A stretch of DNA of 64,000 nucleotides, taken from assembly GCA_017654855.1 (NCBI GenBank), contig CM030333.1:4092001-4156000 (forward strand), read 5' to 3'. Positions 51,850-64,000 of the stretch are shown one piece after another. Position numbers and translations under genes: made by a program. The stretch comes from Podospora anserina. Its lineage: Eukaryota. The number at the start of each line of letters is the position of its first letter. The stretch's first letter is position 1. The notes below the pieces were generated by a model. That model was not told where the DNA came from. It worked only from the letters and a program-made list of their open reading frames with translations, and made no database searches.

Positions 51850-52752
51850 CTTGAAGTACCAATGTTGATCCGAAGGTGGAGGTGTATTTCCGACGAAAGA
51901 GGGTACGGTTTTGTGGGTTGTAGGATTTTTGATGTCCGCAAGAGAGAGATTTCACAAGAAAACAATAGCGGCTTGATACTCAAAATTTGTCAGAAGAAAT
52001 CGGTTGAGTTGTGCAGATGAATAGGTAGGGAGCGGGTTGTCAATCAAGCCCCTGATCAGCGAGCTTGGAAAGTGCTCCCACCACGGTGATCTGGGGATCA
52101 GAGTAAAATGGTGTGCACGCAGTCTGCGCCGAGGAAAGGGAGGAAAGGGCCACCAAGCAACAAAAAGTCCACGGGCGATAATTGGTCAATGAAAACCTCG
52201 TGGGACAATGGAGGCAGTGAGAAAGAAATTTATTGTCGTCGCCACCTTCAGGAGGTGAAAGGGCTGCGCTGTGCAAGCTAGAGGCGGGAAAGCTGAGAGA
52301 GCAGCGCCAGGTGCCCAGGTAGGGGTTCAGGTTCGCGTTTCCATCTGACACGAAAGCACATGACCTAGGCCTTGATTGATTTGCTGGAGCTTTGCTTTTT
52401 CTCCACGCAGTCCAGGCAGCAAGAGGCAAACCAGGCAAGGAACGGCAGGAACGGGACGAGCAAGTTGCCCTTCTTGGTTTGACTTTTTGTCTCGCACGGT
52501 CCACTCGCCCCTTGCTGCTCTCCTTTTGGAGTTCAGCTCCAGCCTTGGAATCAAAGTCAGGTGCTTTGGCGTCAACAATGGGGGCGAGTTTTAAATTGAT
52601 TTTGCCCCTCTTCGCGTCTGTCACTGCATGTCGCTTTATTCCCAATTTTTACCCTGGGGCGATCTAAACTCCAGGCTGTCAGGTCGACATTCATCCATCT
52701 TGTTATAGCTTCCCTCCCAAACAGTCGCAGGCAAAGCTTCGAGATAGCCAAT
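51850..52752. promoter_or_regulatory. Shared divergent promoter region of rad16 and rad7
   Basis: The two start codons face away from each other about 0.9 kb apart. Confidence 0.6.
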
Positions 52753-54831
52753 ATGTGAGTATTGCCTATCTTATCTCGCGCCGTCTTGAGATCAACACAT
52801 TCTAACATGAGAGAAAGGTCCCGACAGACTCGGACGGTTGGGTGCCGTATTATGGGCCCGTTAGTATTTTTTGGTCTTGTAAACGGCGCTTGCAAAGGTC
52901 ATGTTAGCTGACAGATATCCGGTGCAGACAATCGGCCTTGACGGACTTTTTGGCTGTAAGTGGTCGCCCCTGACATCTTGAGCCCCAATACAGGACAGAT
53001 CAAACCAACTAACTGCCAACAGTCGCATAACATTTCGGCAAACCAAATTAGACTTGATGCTGAGGCTCGTCGTAGAGCGGCTGCCCAGGACAACCAAGAA
53101 GGTCAAGCTGATGCTGCTCAACAACAACTCTTGAATGAGAATGGCGATTTCGACACCCCGTCACCGGGATCTGACGAGGACGAGCCCGTTGTGGCATCTA
53201 CCGGTCGAGTAACAAGAGGAAGAAGCGCAGCCCAGGTAACCTCTGAAGTCGAGAGGCGCAAAAAAGAGAAGGAAAAACACGCTATTGATAAGATCAAGGC
53301 CAGCAAGAAGTTCCAGAAACGTAAGCGCGATCCTGACGCTTCAGATGACGACGACGACGACATTGTCCGCGCGCTTTTCAACGAGCGTGCGAAGCCTCTA
53401 CCGGGCCAGATGGAGAACTGTGCCATCTGCAACACACGGTTTACGGTAACACCGTACTCCCGCAATGCCCCTGACGGAGGCTTGGTCTGTTCACCCTGTG
53501 GAAAGGAGCTTGCTAAGGATGATCCTGCTCCCAAGAAGAAGACCAAGCGTGCCAGCGGAGGACCAGTGGGCGCACGTCGCCAAACCCAGAGCAGGATTTT
53601 GGATGGAACATACCACGTCGGCGGCAAGAGCCTGATGTCTTTGTGCATTCAGACTTTGGCAAAGAACATTGATCTTGCCGAGGATTTGGGTGACTTGCCA
53701 CCCAAAATTGTAGACAAGATTGCTCGAAAGCTTTCCAAGCACCGTCTTCTCAACCCCACGACACTCAGCCTGTTCTTGAAACCAAGCAACCAGGAAGTGC
53801 TCGTATATGACGGCGCCAAGCTCAGTGCGGACGACTTCTATCGCATCTTCCATTCGGTCCCGGAACTCAAGAAACTCAAAGTTCGCAACGCCATCCACTT
53901 CAAGGACGAAGTGGTAGAGTATCTCGTCGACCGCCATATCGTCCTTGAAGATTTGTATCTTCACGGGTGCAATCTCATCTCCGAAGGGAAATGGATCGAG
54001 TATCTTCAAAAGAAGGGTCAGCCCCTGCGATCACTTCGGGTATACTGGACAGACAAGCATTTTACGGATGCTGTTCTTGCAGTTATCCCCACTAGCTGTC
54101 CCAACCTCACCCGCCTCAAAGTCTGCCACAACCAAGCAGTCACCGGTGAAGGCCTGAACCACATCGCCAAAATTGCCACTCTCCGCCATCTGTCCCTCGA
54201 CTTGCGCGAGGCAATCCACCCGGATGTATACGTCAAACTCTTGACCGCCATCGGACCCCAGCTCGAAACACTGTGCTTGACCAGAGTCCCCGAGCTAGAC
54301 AACACAGTCCTCGACGCCCTCCACATGCACTGTCGCAATCTGAAGAAGCTCCGCATCACCGACAGTGAGCTCATGACCGACGCCGGATTTGCCCGCCTCT
54401 TCACCTCAACCTGGTCCAACCCCGGTCTAGTCTTCCTCGACCTCCAGAAATGCCGCCAACTCGAATCAACGAAACCTCGCGAGAACCCCGACGGTATCGG
54501 CCTTTGCGATGAAGGGTTCAAGGCCCTGATGGCGCACTCGGGCAAGACGCTCCAGAATCTGAATGTTCATGGTTGTCGTCACATTTCCAGCAATGCGTTT
54601 GAGGAGGTGTTCACGGCGGATAAAACGTATGAGAATATGCACAAGATGGAGATTTCGTTTTGCGAGGAGGTGACAGATTTTGTGGTGGGGTGTATCTTCC
54701 GGAGCTGTCCTAATCTGAGAGAGCTGAATGTGTTTGGGTGTATGAAGGTGAAGGATGTGAGGGTGCCGAAGGGGAAGATTTTGGTTGGGGTGCCGAATGC
54801 GAGGGGGATGGTTATCGAGGGTGAGGATTGA
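52753..54831 (+). CDS. rad7: DNA repair protein Rad7 (leucine-rich repeat). Proposed exons 52753-52754, 52818-52859, 52928-52955, 53023-54831; alternative start at 52807
   Basis: Splicing gives the Rad7-type N-terminal motif RIMGP|QSALTDFLA|SHNISANQIR. It is followed by GQMENCAICNTRFTVTPYS, SLMSLCIQTLAKNI..LGDLP and LRRs, and lies divergent from rad16. Confidence 0.88.
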
Positions 54832-57800
54832 GGCGGTTGGTTGGGCGTTTTTGCGGGTTTATCATTTGGAGGGCCAGGATGTTGGAGTCTTGTCGTGCTT
54901 TTTGTTAAGCTTTAAGGAGTCCACATCTGTGGCTCTAGATACCGGGGCCTTTTCGTCAAGCTCGGGGTGTTTTGGTTTCGGTTCATGTTGGGCGTTTTAC
55001 AGCGATGATTTCGATGATATTCTCGGTGGTGTTTTGTTAGTATCCTCGATTCGGCGGTTTCCTTCCTTCCTTCTGGGGGTATCATGGTTATCGGGTCATC
55101 GCGTTTCGAGCTACGGTTGTTGTGTTAAATCGGAATGGAGCGCAGATTGCTTTCTCACAAGAGCGAACAAAACAGGGAAAGAGGGGGGAGATGAAGTTGA
55201 TTTAAGCTTATTGTACATTCTTGTTCATCACCTAACTAGTTGGTCAAGCTTATCTTGTCCAAAGCCGGCGATATCCTCCCCTTTCCACACTCCCTGCCTT
55301 GGCCGCCAGCCACGGGGACGTGGAGGAGGTAGATCGACCGTTGAGTTGGGCCGCGAGGTACGTACCCGGCCGGGTTTAAAGATATGGGGACCAGGTCTAG
55401 GGATAAAACGGGAGGGGCGGCGCTCTCGTCGGTCTGGGGAAGGTCTGGGGTCTACTGCTGGGGAGGGAGGGCGTTCACCTCTTTTTTTTTTTTTTTGGCT
55501 GGGAAGGAAAGGTGGAAGATAACATGGTATTATACATAGATTAATTAATACGATGGTTTTAATTCTAGGAACGTCATGGTTGTGTGACGGTGAGGGTGGT
55601 GTATTTTACGTTGCTACTCTTGAATTCTGTTACCTTGTTGAGTGTAGTCTGAATGTCATCTACAAGGTCAGGTTGTCCATGTTTTGAGGGGTTGGTGATG
55701 GGGCTCGGGTTGAACAGGAGGGGGATGTGTTGTTGCTCGTTGTTGTTCTCCTCGTCAACAAGGGGGGCTTTGACGTCCATCATCACCTTCACATGCTGGC
55801 CATTGATTCGAGATTCTAGATCGTTTGCTCCGATGTAGGACGTGAAAAGAAGAAGATATCATGCCATTTTCACATGTATGATGATGAGTGGTTGACCGAA
55901 GCAGGATGTAATGATGATGATGTTGGAGCTGGGCGTTTACTCCGTAATCCAATCCCACGTGTAATTCACATGTTTCGAACCCTTCAGCTGTTGTTTACTG
56001 TCTCTCTCTCTCTCCCTCTCTCTCTCTCTCCCGCCCCTCACCGGCTATTGAAGTCTTGTGCTCTTCGACTGTAATTGTTCATGATTCCCTCCGATTCTGA
56101 TACTTCCCTTCTTCCGAACTATTCTCTTCCTCTCGGTTATACAGTCGTGTTCTTCATGATTGTTCAATACTTCCCTCAGATCTCGTCATCGAGAGTGGTG
56201 GTTCGTCACCTTTACCCGAAATCTACTGAGTCATAAATATGTGACTCTTTACAGGGTATCCGCTGTGAAGCCTTACATGCTTTACATGTGAAGGGATTCC
56301 GCACCTCCCATCTGTAAGACTTTACCGAGCGAGGTAACCAAACCGGTAAATATCCCCCCTCTCCCTCGGGTACATGGTATTTCACACACATCCCACATCT
56401 TTCCCCATCCCGAGTAGTACCCGGAGTAGATGGATGGTGGATAGGCTGGCCTTCAACAGCCATCACCCCTGAATGAACCCCAACTTTTTCAACCCACACT
56501 TCCCCCGCCAAGCTCCACATCTTTTTCCCGTGGGGAATTGAATGAATGTTTATCCATGACACGAACCCCCTCCACATATCCCATCAGAGCCGCAACTTGT
56601 CCAGACCCGGGAAGACCCAGCCACCACCCCGCTTGAGTCACGAGCTTTTTCTTCGGCCTCGATTCTCGGGAGTGTCTTTTTTCCAATTGGAGGCTTTGGG
56701 GGAGTTCAGCATACCCGGAGTTTTGCCACGGGTTTTTGGATATTCGGGGTTTGTGCGTGTGTGTGGTGGTTGGCTGGCTGGCCGGCCGAGCACACCGAGG
56801 AAGACCCCAATCACTCACCGGGCCGAGGGAGTGCCCCCAGGGCAAAGCACCCCCCCCCCCGCGTGGCTTGCTGATGACAGTCACCATCACAAAACACGGG
56901 GATGGTACCCTTGCTGGCCATTCTCATCCCATGTTCTGTTCCGATGAGAAAGCTGGGGGAGTTGAAGCCTTCACCATCCCACGTTCCACGCCTTGTTCCT
57001 TTTTCCGATTTTTCTGACCAAGCAAAAAAAAAAAAAAAAAGATCTGGGGCACAGCCAAACCGTGGGGATCGTTGCGCAAATCCGAAAGAGGGGCCAGCAG
57101 GCGGTGAAGCTCGTCCGAAGCTTCTCACCGGATTCTGTGGCGGCCATGGCAGTGGTGGAGTCCGAACCCCAGCTGACCGTGGTGAACCCTACCTCTTGAC
57201 CGGGGGCGAGATCAACCTTGTTGATTTTGCGGGGTGTCACGGAGAGCCCACGAGCCTCACCACGTCTGAAGATCTAGCAAAACGGTGCTCGCTCCGTTGT
57301 CGGAACTTTTGATGCGGGAATGCTTGCTTGCATTTCTGATTGTTCGTCTGTCACCTGCATGTTGCCTTTATGTGCTTCCGGTATCCCCCGCAAAATCCAA
57401 CTTTGGGACGAAAATTGGGAATTTGGAGGGGGGGATCGGAGGTGCTCCGGGTGGTACCCGACCAAGATCCGGACCAACACCGGTCTTTGACGGAACATGT
57501 GGTGGTGTGGGGCCGCTTGCCGGCACGGCACCTCACGGACCTCCAGCGTGTTCTTGACCGAAAGTTGCAGGTTTGGGGCCCAAAGCTGCCGCTCAGCAGG
57601 ACCTTTCAAGGCTAGCTCGGAAATACCACGCTTGGACTCCTGTAGACGATGCCGATCTGCTTGAGAATTGGTGATGCATTCGTGGCATTGAAAAACTCGA
57701 GGAAACGAACAGGGCGAGGTTGCTGGGCCGCAGACGGGAAGGGCGGAGATCAGACAATCCTCGTCAAATCGAGAAGGTAACCCAAGGGGCACACTGTTGG

Positions 57801-60030
57801 GGTTTTCCGAATCCATTTCCCCAACCCTCTTTTTTCACTCTTTGTGGTCAATTTTGAGAAGGAAGTCACGCGGACGTCAGCAGGTTGCATGCCTTGTACG
57901 GAGTACCTTGGACAGCCTCACGGCCCAATCCCACCTCATCCGCTTGTTCCGTATCTACAATAGTTTGTTATGTAATTCTAGACCAAAGTGACAGCACTCA
58001 GAAGCGTGAAAAGAGTTCAGACGAAAAGCAGCATGCCATTGGGGTCGTCTGTTTGAGAGCGGTGGAGGCCGGCGGCACATCTGACATCAGACGCGAAGCT
58101 GTCCCTGTTTCACCAAGGGCAGGCTTCTCGAAGTCGTTTGGACGACATGGAGGACATCCCTGCGATGGCGTCGGGAGAAGTCGGAGGGAAAACCTGCACC
58201 ATCCATGCAGCCCGCAAACTGCATGCTCGTGCCTTCCCCGGGCCTGCCCCTGAGACTCCATCGCCCCACCGGCCGGTCCCCCCTTCAGACGATTTGCGAT
58301 GGACCCACCCACACCCCACCGCAGCTCCACCGGGTCCCATTGACGGCTGTGACAGTGTGGGAATCTGCAGAACCGGAGTAGCGGTACCTCTCGACCGTTT
58401 GAGATTGAAATTCCCCTTTTCCGCTTTCTCGGTAAAATCTCTGCTATCTCGCAGAACTCGCAGTGGTTGTATATATCGGCGCCATTTTGCGACAATTCGG
58501 AACCCGACATATATGCCACGATAGCGAATTCCCCGGCAGCACCGGTTTTCTTGTACACAATGCCGCTGGAGCCGGTGTGTAACACCAGCAACTGATCACC
58601 GAACGCGTGCCTCTCGCTGGACTTATTAGGTAATTCTGCAAGGAGTGGCAGAGGTCACGGGTTGTCGCTGAGACAAGGGAGACTGTGTATTTTACAGATG
58701 AGAGGCCGACAACCGATCCCGACTTGGCTGCCGGCCAGCATCTCAACTTCAGCCGACGGTTCGGGACGAGGCCCCTTAGCCCAAACAGGCAATGGCACCC
58801 CATCATCGACACTTTGATTGGTCAGGTGCTGCGAGGTTAGTGGCCTGTCGAGATGAAGCTGAGAAAACACGGAATTTTCAGGACTGTTTTACAATACACG
58901 ATTACATCCAGCTGAAAGACACAAGCAGAACGTCCTGCTCATCGGCGCCAACGGGTGTCCGCCATGTTTTTTCACTCTCATGAAAATGTGATTGTGTGCT
59001 CTCAAGCAGGTCTCGGCGGGCGGTTGATGAGGTTCGTTCTCAGATTCCGGCCATTCCCATAGCTGCAGGAGTGACCACCTTCGATGTGACGGCGGTACTT
59101 GGTTTGGCTCACATGGCGCAGGAGGTACTTTTTTTTATTTTTACGGATCGAGAGGTCTGGGTCTGACACACCCTGGCCAACCAACCACTCAGCAACCAGC
59201 CTGTGACGTCGCGCGCAACGGTGCGGCGGTCAATTCATTTTTGATATTTTTTTTTCGTTCTCTTCCCAACGAGAATCAAGCCCAGGGCCCAACAAATTGG
59301 TGCAAAAAAAATAACGGGATATTCGGGAGCGATTGTGATTAACGCCCAATATGCGTTTCCATGGATTCCGCGCCGTGTCGGGAGCCCATTCCGGTCCTTG
59401 TTGAAGTGGTTGAACCTCTGGGGTGTGATTGTCGGTGACTCCTGCTTTCGGTGTCGCCCGGCCGTGTAAGTGGAAACCCTGACCGCTACGGGAACTCGTA
59501 CCGGTACCGGCACCCCTGATGACAGGGGATCGTGACTTCTTTTTTTCTTTCCCTAGTATCCCACCCATCGAGGCCCAACGTGCGAGCGTGCCCAGAGAGA
59601 GGTCGTAGCCCTTGAAACGTGCAACGAAACCTCCAGACAGGCCTCCGTCGCATCAAGTAGTAAGGTGTAGCAGGCGATGGAGCTGCTGCTGGCTTCTGCT
59701 TCGCGCCGCCGTGGTCTTGCAAAAAGGTCTTAAAGAGGAGGCTTGCCGTCGCCAACAAGCATTGTTGTTGCTGTTGTTGGCAAGACACTCCAACAACCAT
59801 CACTACTGTTGACCGAAAAGGCTCTGGTGGCCCAATCGATTACACGCCCTAGCGGTAGTTTCAGTCGCCGTAATACTACTTCTAATAATACGCCCGCTGG
59901 TCGCTCAACCCTCGACGCACTAGACTCACGCCGCAGGGGACCCTCCCGTTCCTGTTCCTCCTCCTCTTCGAAGACTTCTTTTGTTCTCCCGACTCCCACA
60001 CATCCTTCCCCCTCGTCACTCGCACATGCA

Positions 60031-62460
60031 ATGGCTTCGTATGCTCCCAGCGCCTCTTCATCCGATATCTCAACGCCTCGGTCAACATCCCCCTCATCGT
60101 CCTCAGTAGCGTCGGCCCGGTCCTCGCACTCATCTATATCTACCTCTAAGCGCATGTCCATCTCGTCTTCGCGCAGAATATCCGCCGCCAACCCAATGTC
60201 GTCTGTTGACATCGCTGCCATTGAAGAAGCCATGAGAATGGCCAACCTCGACACCCTCCGGGGTTACCAGCAAAAGACCTACGGCGAGGTCAAGCAGTTC
60301 GCCGAGACGCAGTACCTCTCCCAGAACCAGGCTCTTGGTTACCAGGTCATCAACGAGCCCATGTGGAATAAGGGTGAGTCAACATTCTTTTCTCTCTTCT
60401 CTTTGCGCGTCATTCCGTTTAGCAGGGGAAGCGGTGCCAGAGCTTAAATCTTGCACCGTGTCCGAGCAGACCTGCTCCCGAACCTGTCCGGACCATCTGA
60501 CTCGAATACCGGCTCCCCCCCCCCTCCCCTCTCCCCCTCCCTCTCTCTAAAGCATCATATTCCCCTACCTCCTCTCCTCCCGGTCTATTCTTTCTGAACC
60601 TTGATGAGCCTTTGCCTCCATCAATGACCTCCCGCATCCTCCCTTCGTTGCGCACCATGGCAGCTAACATCACGTCCCTCCGTCAAGGCCTCTCTTTTAC
60701 CCCAGAGCAGCGCATCGCCAAGAACCTCACCGGTCTTATCCCACACGTCATGGAGGACTCGGGCAAGCAGTGCGAGCGTGCGCTCAAGATGATCCGGACT
60801 CGCCAGACCAACATTGACCGCTATCTCTATCTGTCGTCGCTCAAGTACCAGAACGCCGACCTCTTTTACCGCCTGCTCATCGACAATGCGAAGGAGCTCA
60901 TGCCTCTGGTGTACACTCCCACCATTGGTGACGTGTGTCTTCAGTATTCTACTCTCTACACCCGCCCCGAGGCGCTCTACATCTCCATCAAGCAGCGCAA
61001 GTCGATAAAGACGATCCTCAAGAACTGGCCATATCCAAATCCCGAGATCTGCGTCGTGACAGATGGGTCTCGCATCCTGGGCCTGGGCGATCTGGGCGTC
61101 AATGGCGTTGGCATTCCGGTAAGTCACGTCGGCAAAAGCTGTGGACGGACGCAGCGGGGTCCCGGTGGGCTGGTTGGCTAATTTACATGCATCAGATCGG
61201 CAAGCTAGCCCTGTACACGGCGGCGGCGGGTATCCACCCGGATAAGACGCTCCCCATCGTTCTCGACTGCGGAACGGCCAACGAGACCAACCTCAAGGAT
61301 CCACTGTACCTGGGCCTGCGCTCGAAGCGGCCCTCGGTGGCCGAGCAGCAGGAGTTTATGGACGAGTTCATGACTGCCGCTGCCGAGGTCTATCCTGAAA
61401 TGGTGGTGCAGTTTGAGGATTTCGAGTCGGAAAAGGCCTTCAACTACCTGGACCGGTATCGGAACAAGTACAAGTGCTTCAATGACGACATCCAGGGCAC
61501 TGGCGCTGTTGTTCTCGGAGGGTAAGTTTTGGCCTCGCCGAAGGATCCGCAATTTTTGCTATTGCTAACCTGTTTTGCAGCTACATTGGTGCCGTGAATC
61601 TTTCCGGCGTTCCTCTCGAGGAGCAGCGCCTCGTCTTCATGGGTGCTGGCTCTGCCGGTGTCGGTGTCGCCAAGCAGCTTGTAGAGTACTACACCAAGCG
61701 TGGTCTCTCCGAGCAGGCGGCCAAGGACAAGTTCTGGCTTGTCGACACCAAGGGCCTCGTAACCAAGGACCGCGGTGACAAGCTCGCCGAGCACAAGAAG
61801 TACTTTGCTCGCGGCGACAACAACGGCCTCCAGTTCAAGTCACTTGAGGAGGTTATCGAGTACGTCAAGCCAACCGCTCTTGTTGGCTTGACTGCCACCT
61901 TTGGCGTCTTCACCGAGTCTGTCGTCCGCGCCCTCAAGGCTTCTGTGGACGCCGGTGGTCTCGGCCGCAGACCCATTCTCTTCCCTCTCAGCAACCCCCT
62001 CACCAAGGCCGAGTGCACTTTCGAGCAGGCCGTCACCTGGACTGATGGCACCGTCATCTTTGCCTCTGGCTCTCCCTTTTCTCAGTTCACCATCAAGCTC
62101 GGCAGCGACCAGGCCATCACCTACTACCCCAACCAGGGCAACAACGTCTATGTCTTCCCTGGCATCGGCCTCGGCGCCATCCTCGCCAAGGCCACCCGTG
62201 TCACCGACAACATGATCTACACCTCTGCTGCTGCCCTTGCCGGGTCCCTGAACGCCGAGGAGGTGCACAAGGGTCTGATCTACCCTCGCATTGAGCGCGT
62301 GCGTGATGCCAGCGTGATTGTTGCCCGCGAGGTGATGAAGGCTGCGCGTCGGGATGGTGTGAGTGCCCTGCCCGAGGAGCAATGGCTTACCTGGGAGGAG
62401 TGGGGTGACCCGGCTCTTGATAAGTATATCAAGGAGCATATTTATGACCCTGCTCTTTAA
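60031..62460 (+). CDS. Malic enzyme (NAD(P)-dependent malate dehydrogenase, decarboxylating). Exons 60031-60373, 60688-61118, 61196-61521, 61581-62460
   Basis: WNKG|LSFT..R, MPLVYTPTIG, VTDGSRILGLGDLG, QFEDF, FNDDIQGTGAV, GAGSAGVG, PLSNP and NQGNNVYVFPGIGLG. Confidence 0.95.
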
Positions 62461-63176
62461 GTGTTTGTTTTTCGGGGAGGGGCGGGTATTGAAATTGGGA
62501 GTCTATAATGACTGGATGAAGCTGGGTTGGGAGAGAGGGAGGGGGGGGGGAGTGCATTACTGGCGTTGTTTACTTTCAGGGAAGGACTTAGCTTAGCCTT
62601 TTTTTTTCTTTTCTGTTTTCTTTGCTTTTGCTTGCCCCTTGGTATGAGCATTGCGGGGATTATAATGGGCTTCTTTTTTGCGGTTATCTCTTTTTCTAAT
62701 GAATGATATCCCAACGAAGAGTTGAGGAGACCAAGTTTCACACACACAAGATTTGGTTTTTGGATGGACTACAATGGATGGCAGAGTGCATGGAAAACGG
62801 GAGGTTTCTGAGGCAAGACAAGACAAGACAAGATTACAGTTGTTGGATGTGGCGGTGTCAAGTGAGCGTGCAAGCGCGGAATAGATAAAAAGAGGGAGGA
62901 ATCCAAATACATATACTACTTGTTAGAATGAGAATGAAATGGGGGAGAGCGGTTTGTGTCGAGATTGTTGATGCTTGATAGGAGAGGTGAAGGTTGAATG
63001 AATGATTTGGTGTGCAGTTGTTGTTAGCATGTGATGTGTTGTTGCTGTTGTGTGTCTGATTGGTGAACCTATAACCATCACCGCAGTACCCCTTTATAAC
63101 ACCTGAGTGCTGTCCACCCTCTCACGTCAACATTCTCATAAATCTCTCTCTCTCACAACACCATCCCATCCCATGG

Positions 63177-64000
63177 TTAAACCGCCCCCAAAGTCCCCAA
63201 CCTCCCCCCAAAGTTACCTCCATAAAGCCTCCTAACCTCCACCCCCTTCTCCCCATTGTATCCTCCCCCCCCTCCCTCCTCGTTAAACTCATCCATTATG
63301 AAAGCATGCAGCAGTTTGATCTCGGGCATTCTTTTCAGTTCCTCCCTGACCCAGCCGTTTTCCTGCCGGGTGACTTCGCCGTCGTAGAACAGCAGGTCCT
63401 CGGAGTCGATGATCTCCGAGAGGGCAAAGGTGAGAGGAAAGAGTTTGGAGCGGTAGATGAGCCAGAGCGTCTCGAGGCCTTCGAGCCGGAAGGTGGTGTT
63501 GTTGAGGAGGGGGGAGCAGAAGGGGTTTTTGGAGACGAGGGAGTAGTGGTGGGCGGTCCAGACTTGGTGTGGGGGAGAACCTGGGGGGAAGAGGGAGGCG
63601 ATGGTGAGGGTGGAGGAGGGGGATTGGAGGCTGTGATGGGGTTAGTTAGCGGATGTCATAGAAGGGGTAGTTTAAGGGGTACATTAAGAAGAAAAAAAAA
63701 AGAAAAAAAAGCTCACTCAACAAACCTCACCGGCCCCTCCCCGGCAGGAAACAACTCCCTCCCCGGCCCCATCCCCAACCCCCACTCCCACCCCCCCATC
63801 CTCACCCTCACAACATCACACGTGACAACCACCCCGACGGTCTTCAACCGTTCCCACAAACCCCCAATCTGAAACCTCCTCACCTGCCTCTCCAACTCCG
63901 CCCGATCTTGTGGTTTTCGTATCAAGACTTGTTCGGCAAGCTGCTGTATATCCAGCGGCGGCGGCAGCTCCCCCTGTCCTACACTACCGACAATCGTAGC
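63177..64000 (-). CDS. 3' part of a hypothetical protein entering from beyond the window. Exons >64000-63717 and 63630-63177
   Basis: Open frame from the window edge to a GTGAGC donor, then CTAAC branch and CAG acceptor. The terminal exon of about 150 codons has coding-like codon usage (..RFVD|LQSPSSTLTIASLF..GTLGAV*). No family recognised. Confidence 0.6.

Overview
Gene-dense eukaryotic DNA from a filamentous ascomycete. The short GT-AG introns with CTRAC branch points, the gene content and the codon style suggest a Sordariales fungus such as Podospora (inference). I assembled 16 protein-coding models by hand from splice signals: an Azf1-type C2H2 transcription factor, a DNMT1-RFD/RFTS protein resembling DIM-7/Raf2, Pus4/TruB, a Sec2-domain protein, Csl4, Erg2 (C-8 sterol isomerase), NmrA/NMR, a Zn2Cys6 transcription factor, Fcf1/Utp24, a Csi2-like membrane protein, a Yor1-like ABCC transporter, a frameshifted orphan, an SR-like RRM protein, glutaminase GtaA, Rad16 and Rad7 head-to-head, plus a malic enzyme and a partial hypothetical gene at the right edge (18 CDS in all). 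I found no tRNA, rRNA, transposon or CRISPR array. No clear-cut new multi-gene system is evident. The best leads are post-transcriptional: an intron-split start codon in rad7, a possible mitochondrial presequence inside malic enzyme intron 1, a GC-AG intron in the DIM-7-like gene, a stop-free in-frame intron in erg2, an Arg-rich uORF and GATA cluster ahead of nmr, orphan introns in non-coding DNA, and a homopolymer frameshift in an orphan gene. All family calls come from recalled motifs, not database searches.
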